From Chloroflexota bacterium (lineage in GTDB: Bacteria; Chloroflexota; Chloroflexia; Chloroflexales; Roseiflexaceae), in NCBI GenBank assembly GCA_046046485.1, contig JBJOJU010000376.1:1-35684 (forward strand): a DNA stretch of 35,684 bases, read 5' to 3'. Every line of letters begins with the position of its first letter. The first letter of the stretch is position 1. The translations under genes were made by a program, and so were the position numbers. This document shows positions 27,001 to 33,701 of the stretch, piece by piece. A model generated the notes under the pieces. It saw only the letters and a list, made by a program, of their open reading frames with translations, did not search any database and had not been told where the DNA came from.

Positions 27001-27066
27001 CGGTTTGAAAACGTCACGGCAATTTTGGTAATCATTCCGAATACGAAGATTCTTCAGCAGGCAGCC
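27001..27066. repeat. Promoter/operator-like block, copy 1
   Basis: The block reads CGGTTTGAAAA-N12-TTTTGGTAATCATTCCGAATACGAAGATTCTTCAGCAG. It is collinear with 27254-27320. It contains a perfect 11-bp palindrome GAAGATTCTTC and ATTCCGAAT. Confidence 0.8.
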
Positions 27067-27179
27067 AGCGCGCACACGCGGCTGCACTGGGCACCTGCAC
27101 GAGCCCCGGCAGACCCGCCAGCAGTCGATTTCGGCAACACAAAGCGGTATATCCAATGTTCAAGAGGCAACTCGCGTGC

Positions 27180-27200
27180 ATTTTGGTATTTTTAACAAAA
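27180..27200. repeat. 21-bp AT-rich box, copy 2
   Basis: It is identical to 26920-26940 and lies 260 bp downstream of it. Confidence 0.9.
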
Positions 27201-27253
27201 TCACTGCTCACAGCAGGCATCGGACGCCTGCCCGGGGCGTGGGCAGCAGCATA

Positions 27254-27320
27254 CGGTTTTATTGAAAAAACCTGCAGTTATTTGGTATATGTTCCGAATG
27301 TGAAGATGTTTCAAACAGCC
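27254..27320. repeat. Promoter/operator-like block, copy 2
   Basis: The block reads CGGTTTTATTGAAAAAA-N11-TTTGGTATATGTTCCGAATGTGAAGATGTTTCAAACAG. The gapless core matches copy 1 at 24 of 32 positions. The spacing to its 21-bp box is the same as in copy 1, apart from a 3-bp indel. Confidence 0.8.
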
Positions 27321-27330
27321 CGCACCCCGA

Positions 27331-27383
27331 CCACCGACACCATGCCGCCGCGTCCTCCGACCAACGGCAGTGTGGGTGGTTTT
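27331..27383 (+). terminator. Terminator/attenuator-like hairpin upstream of the kinase gene
   Basis: CCACCGACAC..TGCCG (27331-27347) pairs with CGGCA..GTGTGGGTGG (27365-27379), with one mismatch and a 2-nt bulge. TTTT (27380-27383) follows. Confidence 0.45.
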
Positions 27384-27490
27384 CACCAGCACAACGCGCA
27401 GTAGGATGCGCGTACTCGCCGATACCCGGCTCCGAACCGAGCACGCCGGCGACGCAACACAGCTGTAAGGATAGACCGAATGCAACCCGG

Positions 27491-27496
27491 TACAAT
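27491..27496 (+). promoter_or_regulatory. TACAAT box 6 nt upstream of the kinase ATG (possible leaderless start)
   Basis: The sequence reads GGTACAATAGGCAC-ATG and has no SD sequence. No good -35 element is present. Confidence 0.3.
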
Positions 27497-27502
27497 AGGC
27501 AC

Positions 27503-29638
27503 ATGTCTACTACACCACTGACCCAACCACACCTGCGTGTCATCGCAGCCTGCGCCAAAACCCTCAGCGCCACGACCCCGTTTTCGACCCGTATCGAACA
27601 CGTCTACGGGCTCCTGCGGGGGGTGATGGCCGTCGACGACATGCTGCTCAGTTATTGGACCGACACCCCGGGGCACGGCGCGTTGACCCACCTCGGCAGC
27701 AACGCCTGGGAGCTGCCGTGGGACGACACCCTCATCCGCGCGACCCTCGAGGGGCACCGTGCGCATACCCGCGAGAGCAGCCACCCCCTCAAAGCAGCGC
27801 CCGGTGAGTTCGCAGTGCGCCTGGTGACCACCCACTGCATCCCCATCAGTGCCAACGGCGCTGTCTCGGGAGTGTTTTCGTACCGCTACGACACTGCCAA
27901 ACCGCCCAGCAGCCGCGACACCGCCACCATCGACGCCTTGATCCCCCTGTTGGCCACCCAACTGGTGATCGCCGCTGCCATCGCACCCGCATCGCCACCG
28001 ACCCCACAACCGGTGGCGACGGCCCCGCTCGCCGAGCGGCTCGATCGCCTGCGCCTCGAACTCGACCCGCCGCTGCAGTTGCACACCCTGCTGGCGCGCA
28101 TCCTGGCCCACGCCGTCGCCGACACCCACGCCGAATTCGGCAGCATCGCGGTGGTGGACCACGAACGCCACGAAATCGAACTCTCGGCCGTCCACGGCTA
28201 CCGCGTCACCCCGCTGGTCTCGGGGGCGATCGAGCACATCCGCCACCGCTGGAACTGGGAGAGCGGCGTGGTGGGGAAAGTCGCCCGGTCCACCCAACCG
28301 CAACTCCTGAGCGACTGCAGCGGCGACGTCGACTACTTCTACAGCGACCGCCCGCTCCTGCGCAGCAAATTGGCCCTCCCCATCATGGTCGACGGCCGCT
28401 GTGCGGCAGTCCTCTGCCTCGACAGCACCCGCAGCGACGCCTTCGACAGCGCCGCGGTCGCCCTGGTGCAGGGCATCACCACCACGGCAGCGCCGCCCGT
28501 CAACCGCGCGCTGCGCTACCAAGAGCTCCTCGACCGGGGCACCCAGCTGGGTCAGGTTTTCCAGACGATTCCGTCCGGCTTGTTGTTGACCGATCGCTAC
28601 GGGCAGGTCTTGCGCCACAACCCGGCTTTCGAACACAATTGGGGGCTGAGCAGCGAGCAGGTGGGCATCGGCTTCCGCTTCCCCTATGACCTGCTGGCCC
28701 TCTGTCTGCCTCGCTTCATCGACTCCAACGCGTTTACCCAGTTCTGCGACCAAGCCCACAAACACCCCGACCAAGAGCTGAGCATGCTGGTCAAGCTGCG
28801 CAACCCGCACCAGGAGTTGGCCGTGCTGACCCGGCCCACCCGCGACAACAGCGAACACATCACCGGCCGGGTCTGGGTGATGACCGACACCACGCGCGAG
28901 ACCGAGGCCGACCGCATGAAGAGCGAGTTCACCTCGTTGATGTCGCACGAGCTCAAAACGCCGCTGACGTCGATCATGGGCTACTCCGACCTGTTGCTCA
29001 ACCGCGACCTCCCCCCCGACGCCCAAAAGAACCTCATCCGCATCTTGCGCAGCGAAGCCGAACACCTCCAGCAGCTCGTCAACGAAATGCTCGACGTCGC
29101 CCGCATCGAGGCCAACACCATCCGCATCACCCGGTGGCCCATCGACATCGCCCACGTCACCCTCGAGCTCATCAAACAGCTCACCCACAGTGTGACGTTT
29201 GCCAACCACCAGATGAGCTACGACATCGCCGAGCAGCTCCCGCCGGCCTACGCCGACAAAGAACGCGTGCGCCAGGTGCTGACCAATCTGCTGTCGAACG
29301 CCGCCAAATACGCACCCAACGGCGGCACCATCACGGTCCGCATCCGCATGCTGACCCAGCCGCCGCCCAAACACCCCGAGGGGGCGTTCATCCACATCAG
29401 CGTCGTCGACGAGGGCATGGGCATCACCGCCGAAAACCTGGCGCGCATCTGGGATCGCTTCGTACGGCTCGACACCAGCAACACCAAGAGCATCGGTGGG
29501 ACCGGCCTCGGGCTCACCATCGTGCGCGGGTTGGTCGAGCTGCACGGCGGCAAAGCTTGGGCCCACAGCGAAATCAACAAAGGCTCGGCGTTTCACTTCA
29601 GCCTACCGATCGCGTCGGATCTCGCCCACGACGCCTGA
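27503..29638 (+). CDS. Cytoplasmic sensor histidine kinase (two GAF-like regions, PAS, HisKA, HATPase_c)
   Basis: It has the H-box FTSLMSHELKTPLTSI, the N-box NLLSNAAKYAPNGG, and G-boxes DEGMGI and GGTGLGLTIV. No TM segments are evident. Confidence 0.9.
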   Translation: MSTTPLTQPHLRVIAACAKTLSATTPFSTRIEHVYGLLRGVMAVDDMLLSYWTDTPGHGALTHLGSNAWELPWDDTLIRATLEGHRAHTRESSHPLKAAPGEFAVRLVTTHCIPISANGAVSGVFSYRYDTAKPPSSRDTATIDALIPLLATQLVIAAAIAPASPPTPQPVATAPLAERLDRLRLELDPPLQLHTLLARILAHAVADTHAEFGSIAVVDHERHEIELSAVHGYRVTPLVSGAIEHIRHRWNWESGVVGKVARSTQPQLLSDCSGDVDYFYSDRPLLRSKLALPIMVDGRCAAVLCLDSTRSDAFDSAAVALVQGITTTAAPPVNRALRYQELLDRGTQLGQVFQTIPSGLLLTDRYGQVLRHNPAFEHNWGLSSEQVGIGFRFPYDLLALCLPRFIDSNAFTQFCDQAHKHPDQELSMLVKLRNPHQELAVLTRPTRDNSEHITGRVWVMTDTTRETEADRMKSEFTSLMSHELKTPLTSIMGYSDLLLNRDLPPDAQKNLIRILRSEAEHLQQLVNEMLDVARIEANTIRITRWPIDIAHVTLELIKQLTHSVTFANHQMSYDIAEQLPPAYADKERVRQVLTNLLSNAAKYAPNGGTITVRIRMLTQPPPKHPEGAFIHISVVDEGMGITAENLARIWDRFVRLDTSNTKSIGGTGLGLTIVRGLVELHGGKAWAHSEINKGSAFHFSLPIASDLAHDA

Positions 29639-29708
29639 TGCCCGTGCCGCGCTCATGGCCCAACCGCGCGGCAGTTGGATTTTTCACCCGCTCCGTATAG
29701 GCACGCCG

Positions 29709-30320
29709 ATGGCACACGAAATCCCCGCCGCCCCCGTGATGGTCGAGCTGCGCGTCAGCAATTCACGCTTTATCACCCACCTGGCACCCGCCGCCGACGT
29801 GGCCAGCGCCCGGGCGTACATCGCCGCCATCCGTGCCCAGATGCCCGACGCCAACCACCACGTCTACGCCTATGTCATCGGGCACGGCGGCACCGTCACG
29901 CTGGGCATGAGCGACGACGGCGAACCCTCGGGCACGGCCGGGCGCCCGGCGCTGGCGGTGCTCAAGGGGAGTGGCTTGGGTGACGTCGTGGTGGTGGTGA
30001 CCCGCTACTTCGGCGGGACGTTGCTGGGCACCGGCGGCCTCGTCCATGCCTACGGCGACAGCGTGCGCGCCGTCCTCGAGCAGGTCACCCGCGTCGAGAA
30101 AATCGCCCGCACGACGCTGCTGGTGGGTACTTCGTATCCGCTGTATGAGGCAATCAGACGCCTGTTAGCGGGCTTTGATTGTCAGATAATCGAAGAAAAT
30201 TTCGGCACCGACGTGACCATGACCATCCGCGTGCGCGTCGCCGATGTGGACGCCATCACGGCCCAACTGGTCGAGTTTTCGGCCGGCAGCGTCGACATCA
30301 TCCCCGGCGACGACGCCTAA
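29709..30320 (+). CDS. yigZ: YigZ/IMPACT-family protein (UPF0029)
   Basis: It is collinear with E. coli YigZ as I recall it: IPAAPV near the N-terminus, SRFIT, HHVYAY, DDGEPSGTAGRP and VTRYFGGTLLGTGGLV. I trimmed the start to ATG 29709; the track ORF begins at 29496. Confidence 0.88.
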   Translation: MAHEIPAAPVMVELRVSNSRFITHLAPAADVASARAYIAAIRAQMPDANHHVYAYVIGHGGTVTLGMSDDGEPSGTAGRPALAVLKGSGLGDVVVVVTRYFGGTLLGTGGLVHAYGDSVRAVLEQVTRVEKIARTTLLVGTSYPLYEAIRRLLAGFDCQIIEENFGTDVTMTIRVRVADVDAITAQLVEFSAGSVDIIPGDDA

Positions 30321-31477
30321 CCCACCGCCCGCAGACGGGGCACCACATCGGTCACCACTGCGATCGCGGCCTCGACGTCGTCCTGTGTCGTCGCCCGCCC
30401 CAATGTCAAGCGCAACGCCGCCTGGGTGTCGCCGCTGATAACCCCGATCGCCTGCAACACGTGCGACGGCTGCAACGACCCACTCGTGCACGCCGAGCCG
30501 CTCGAGGCACAGATGCCCCGCTGATCCAGCAATATCAACAGACTATCGCCGTCGACCCCATCGATGACAAAGCTCGCGTTGTTGGCCAAGCGCTCGTGCG
30601 GATGGCCGGTCAACGTCACCCCCGGCAGGCCCCCGACGATGCCGGCGATGAGGCGATCGCGCAGCGGCAGTAGCCGTGCGACTTCGCCAGCGCGTTCGTC
30701 GGCTGCGATCTGCAACGCCGCCGCGAATCCCACGATGGCTGCCACGTTTTCGGTGCCGGCGCGCCGCCGCCGCTCCTGTGCCCCACCGTGGATCTGCGGG
30801 GTGCAGCTCACCCCACGGCGCACATAATTGACCCCCACACCCTTGGGGCCATAGAACTTGTGCGCCGTCATCGTCAGCACGTCGACCCCCAATGCTTTGA
30901 CGTCGATGGGCAGCAGCCCCGCCGCCTGCACCGCGTCGGTGTGGAAGGGCACGCCGCGCGCGTTGGCCAGCACAGCCAACGCCGCGATGGGTTGGATGGT
31001 GCCGATTTCGTTGTTGGCATACATCACCGACACCAACGCGGTGTGTGACTGGAACGCCGCCGCCAGCGCCGCTGGGTCGACCAACCCCGTGCCATCGACC
31101 GGCAAAATCGTCAGGTCGACCCCCTGGCGTGCCATCGCCTCGGCGGCGTGCAATCCGGCGTGGTGCTCGATCCCGCTGATGATCACATGCGCCTTGCCGT
31201 GCTGCTGCAGGTACGCCTGGGTGACCCCTTTGATCGCGAGGTTATCGCCCTCGCTGCCGCCCCCGGTGAACACCACATCGGCCGCACTACAGTTGATGAT
31301 GGCCGCGACGGTGTCGCGCGCGGCGTCGAGGGCGTTCAGTGCCCGCCGCCCTGCCTGATGCAGGCTCGACGGGTTGCCGTAGATCTCGGTCAGACACGGC
31401 TCCATCGCGGCGTAGACGCGCGGGTCGAGCGGGGTGGTCGCGGCATAATCGAAATAACGCAGGGGAAACTGGCTCAT
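30317..31477 (-). CDS. Cysteine desulfurase (class V aminotransferase, NifS/IscS family)
   Basis: It has YFDYAATTP, the PLP-lysine context TMTAHKFYGPKG and the catalytic Cys loop SSGSACTSG. Confidence 0.93.
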   Translation of the reverse strand: MSQFPLRYFDYAATTPLDPRVYAAMEPCLTEIYGNPSSLHQAGRRALNALDAARDTVAAIINCSAADVVFTGGGSEGDNLAIKGVTQAYLQQHGKAHVIISGIEHHAGLHAAEAMARQGVDLTILPVDGTGLVDPAALAAAFQSHTALVSVMYANNEIGTIQPIAALAVLANARGVPFHTDAVQAAGLLPIDVKALGVDVLTMTAHKFYGPKGVGVNYVRRGVSCTPQIHGGAQERRRRAGTENVAAIVGFAAALQIAADERAGEVARLLPLRDRLIAGIVGGLPGVTLTGHPHERLANNASFVIDGVDGDSLLILLDQRGICASSGSACTSGSLQPSHVLQAIGVISGDTQAALRLTLGRATTQDDVEAAIAVVTDVVPRLRAVG

Positions 31478-31514
31478 ACCTACCTCGGAGTGACGTGCGT
31501 TCTAATATCTACAA

Positions 31515-31542
31515 TATATACAGGTTTAGTAGACTTTGTCAA
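31515..31542 (-). promoter_or_regulatory. Sigma-70-type promoter of the cysteine desulfurase gene
   Basis: The minus strand reads TTGACA (31542..31537), a 16-bp spacer, then TATATA (31520..31515). The GAGG RBS and ATG follow about 35 nt downstream. Confidence 0.55.
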
Positions 31543-31548
31543 TATCGT

Positions 31549-31598
31549 TCACCCCCATGGAGCACATCGCGCTACGCGGCATGTCTCCACGGGGGTGA
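31549..31598. repeat. Inverted copies of the 14-bp motif TCAYCCCCRTGGAG
   Basis: TCACCCCCATGGAG (31549-31562) faces CTCCACGGGGGTGA (31585-31598). This gives a 14-bp stem with 1 mismatch and a 22-nt loop, immediately upstream of the -35 box. Confidence 0.85.
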
Positions 31599-31604
31599 CA
31601 ACAA

Positions 31605-31663
31605 TCAAACCAACGCGCCCTGCGACTGATGTGGCTGACGTAGTCAAACCGACGCGCCCTGCG
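31605..31663. repeat. Two 20-bp direct repeats TCAAACCRACGCGCCCTGCG
   Basis: The copies at 31605-31624 and 31644-31663 differ at 1 position and their starts are 39 bp apart. Confidence 0.85.
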
Positions 31664-31720
31664 CGCACGCTGGGGTGGCGGAGGTCAATCTGTGCGCGGA
31701 ATGCACCACCAACCAATGTC

Positions 31721-31780
31721 GTCATGCCCGTGAAGACCCCGTCATCCCCGTGGAGACCCTGTCATCCCCGTGGAGACCCC
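31721..31780. repeat. Three tandem 20-bp repeats carrying the same 14-bp motif
   Basis: The units are GTCATGCCCGTGAAGACCCC, GTCATCCCCGTGGAGACCCT and GTCATCCCCGTGGAGACCCC. Two further inverted partial copies (CTCCATGG) lie at 31789-31799 and 31807-31818. Confidence 0.9.
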
Positions 31781-31823
31781 GAAGGGGGCTCCATGGCGAA
31801 GGGGTGCTCCATGGGCATCTCGT

Positions 31824-32156
31824 TCATCGTTCCCACGGTGTATCGGGGATGTGATAGTGCCAGCTGCGCTGCAGCCAGAGTTCGAGTTCGTCGTCGCGGT
31901 CGTAGCGTTCAGGCGACAAGACGACGTGGCCGTCGGTCTGGATACGTTTGGGGGCGTGTTGGCGTACCCCGGGCAGCTGGACGGCAGCGGCGAAATCCGC
32001 AGCCGTCAGACCGACCATCACCAGTTCGCCCCAGATTCCGGCGACGGCGTGCAACTGATAGAGAAATTCGATGCCGCCGAAGCGGCGCCGGATCGTGCAC
32101 CCCCGCGGCAGCAGGTACTCGGCGATCCGGTCTGCGGTGATGGTATTGGCAGGCAT
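31824..32156 (-). CDS. Small hypothetical protein (weak resemblance to RFGG-EF 'luciferase-like'/TfoX-N-type small domains)
   Basis: The 110-aa ORF has a GGAGGA RBS 6 nt upstream of the ATG. The RRRFGGIEFLYQLHAVAGIWGE segment recalls those families, but I cannot assign it confidently. Confidence 0.55.
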   Translation of the reverse strand: MPANTITADRIAEYLLPRGCTIRRRFGGIEFLYQLHAVAGIWGELVMVGLTAADFAAAVQLPGVRQHAPKRIQTDGHVVLSPERYDRDDELELWLQRSWHYHIPDTPWER

Positions 32157-32232
32157 CGGTTTCCTCCGGTCCTACACCACGTCAGCCCCTGCATGGGGGC
32201 ACGCCGTGGGGCTCTGTCAGGTCATTTGCTCA

Positions 32233-32267
32233 CCCTCAACCCTTAACCCTTAACCCTTAACCTTTCA
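32233..32267 (-). repeat. Heptamer microsatellite (GGGTTAA)n spanning the stop codon of the MBL gene
   Basis: The plus strand reads CCCTCAA CCCTTAA CCCTTAA CCCTTAA CCTTTCA. This is three perfect copies plus two degenerate copies. The minus strand therefore carries four GGG tracts separated by 4-nt loops. Confidence 0.9.
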
Positions 32268-33609
32268 CCTGATACGTCTGCGTCGTCACTCCGTCTGCTG
32301 CAGTGACCGTGATCACCGCCGTATTCCCGCGCAGCACGCGCACGAGCCGCCCGGGTGCCACGACCACGCCATCGAGGCGTACGACCGCGGCACTGGCACT
32401 ACTGAGCAGCTCGAGGGTCTGCGCCTGTACACCCGCCGACAGCGCCGGCAGCGTGATGACGGGTGCGATGGGCAGCGGCTGCCCGTCGCAGACGAGCAAG
32501 GCCAGCGCGGCATTCTGGGCCGGCGCGACCGCCAGACAGGCCCCGCGCCGCACATTGATAGCCGCCCAATCGGGGTCGGTCAGGCGGTCGCCGACGACGA
32601 CCTGCCAGACATCGCTGGCAGCCGGCCGCAACGACGGGACCAGGCATGCGTCGCCGTCGTCGACCAGGCGTTGCACCGCAATCTGCAGCGCGTCGAAATA
32701 GCGCTCGCCGTACATGGGCACGTCGTTGTGCCCGCCGTACCAGACGCGGACTTTGCCCGCCAACAGGCGACGCACCCGCAGCAGCGCGACCTGATAGGCA
32801 TCGATGGTCGCCATGCCGGGGAACTGCATCCACAGCGAATCGGTGATCGTCGGCCGGTTGCTCCCGAAGGCGTCGCCGGCGATCAACACGCCCCGCGCGG
32901 CGTCGTGGAGCACCATGCTCCCCGCCGAGTGCCCAGGCACGTGGTAGACGTCGAACACCCATCCGCCCAGGTCGAAGCGCATTCCCTCGTGGATGTCGAA
33001 AATACCCGTCAAATCGAGCGCAAAGCCCATGCTGTCTCGGAACGACGCCGCCATCGCCAGATCGTGGTGGCTCATATAGACGTCGTGGGCGTCTTCGAAT
33101 TGCCCTAACGCCGCGACGTGATCGGGGTGGCCGTGCGTCACAAACACATCCAACGGCTTGTCGCCCACCAACTGCTGGACAAACGCCCGCAGGTTCCCGT
33201 TCGCCAACCCCGCATCGACCAGCATGCAGCGCGCACTCCCCACCACCAGGTACATCTTGGTGTCGTCGTTGTCGACGATCATGTACAACCCGGGTTCGAC
33301 CTCGCGGGCGCTGTAGACGTCAGCATCACGCCGATCGATGACATACGTGAAGGTCGCCACCGCACTCTGCTGCCCGGCGGCGACGGTGATGGCGTAGATG
33401 GTGTACTTCGTGCGCACGCCCCGTGGGCCGTCGTCGACCGCTGCAACTACCGGCAGGACAAATGGGTCGAACACCGGGCACGCGGGGGTGGGCACGCTTC
33501 CGTCGGTCGTGAAGTGGATGGTCGCACCAGGGGTGTCGCTGCGCAGGGTAATCATCTGCGAGACGCCGTAGGTCCCCGGCACGGGGAAGGCAGTGGGTGG
33601 CTGGAGCAT
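32257..33609 (-). CDS. MBL-fold metallo-hydrolase flanked by a chitobiase/hexosaminidase-C-like N-terminal domain and a cadherin-like beta-sandwich C-terminal domain
   Basis: The HxHxDH motif is VTHGHPDHVAALG. The N-terminus reads GTYGVSQMITLRSDTPGATIHFTTDGSVPT. The C-terminus reads ..VRLDGVVVAPG..LRGNTAVITVTAADGVTTQTYQVKG. An AGAGGAAG RBS precedes the start. Confidence 0.8.
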   Translation of the reverse strand: MLQPPTAFPVPGTYGVSQMITLRSDTPGATIHFTTDGSVPTPACPVFDPFVLPVVAAVDDGPRGVRTKYTIYAITVAAGQQSAVATFTYVIDRRDADVYSAREVEPGLYMIVDNDDTKMYLVVGSARCMLVDAGLANGNLRAFVQQLVGDKPLDVFVTHGHPDHVAALGQFEDAHDVYMSHHDLAMAASFRDSMGFALDLTGIFDIHEGMRFDLGGWVFDVYHVPGHSAGSMVLHDAARGVLIAGDAFGSNRPTITDSLWMQFPGMATIDAYQVALLRVRRLLAGKVRVWYGGHNDVPMYGERYFDALQIAVQRLVDDGDACLVPSLRPAASDVWQVVVGDRLTDPDWAAINVRRGACLAVAPAQNAALALLVCDGQPLPIAPVITLPALSAGVQAQTLELLSSASAAVVRLDGVVVAPGRLVRVLRGNTAVITVTAADGVTTQTYQVKG

Positions 33610-33640
33610 GGGCTTCCTCTTTCGTGTGTGTCGTCATTGT

Positions 33641-33678
33641 AGTAGAAAGCCCGTGGGGCACCGTTTTCGGTGCCCCAC
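33641..33678 (-). terminator. Intrinsic terminator after the SGNH hydrolase gene
   Basis: A perfect 11-bp stem pairs GTGGGGCACCG (33653-33663) with CGGTGCCCCAC (33668-33678) around a TTTT loop. The minus-strand tail is GGGCTTTCTACT. Confidence 0.6.
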
Positions 33679-33701
33679 CACACTGCCGTTGGGTTTTCAG
33701 C

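Noticed and set aside
26920-27290. The TTGGTA boxes considered as sigma-54 (-24/-12) promoters, or as Xer/dif-like recombination sites. The reverse strand TTTTGTTAAAA loosely resembles the XerD arm TTATGTTAAAT.
   Set aside because: No GG-N10-GC spacing is present in any copy. For dif, there are two copies 260 bp apart, no recognisable XerC arm or 6-bp central region, and the resemblance is only to an AT-rich half-site. The idea could be revisited if a genome-wide search shows a single dif elsewhere.
27032-27404. Small ORFs inside the duplicated non-coding module: 27156-27404 (+, 82 aa), 27032-27220 (-, 62 aa, Cys-containing) and 26932-27156 (-). They were considered as possible paired peptide or RiPP-precursor genes.
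   Set aside because: They have no SD. Their codon usage is AT-rich and unlike the rest of the window. The similarity between the two module copies is at the DNA level with a 3-bp indel and frame-independent blocks. The equivalent position in copy 1 has no start codon.
25191-31617. An 11-bp match AAACCAACGCG (26941 and 31607) and TCAAACCAAC (25191 and 31605), considered as a dispersed repeat family.
   Set aside because: With ~6e8 position pairs in 35.7 kb and 4^11 possible 11-mers, on the order of a hundred exact 11-mer coincidences are expected by chance. Only the local 20-bp pair at 31605/31644 is significant.
31721-31780. Three 20-bp tandem repeats considered as a CRISPR remnant.
   Set aside because: The repeats are contiguous with no spacers, no cas genes are nearby, and the repeat unit is shorter than CRISPR repeats.
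32233-32267. The telomere-like TTAACCC/GGGTTAA repeats considered as a linear-replicon end or a eukaryotic contaminant.
   Set aside because: Only about five units are present. They are embedded between two ordinary bacterial genes, with continuous coding sequence on both sides.
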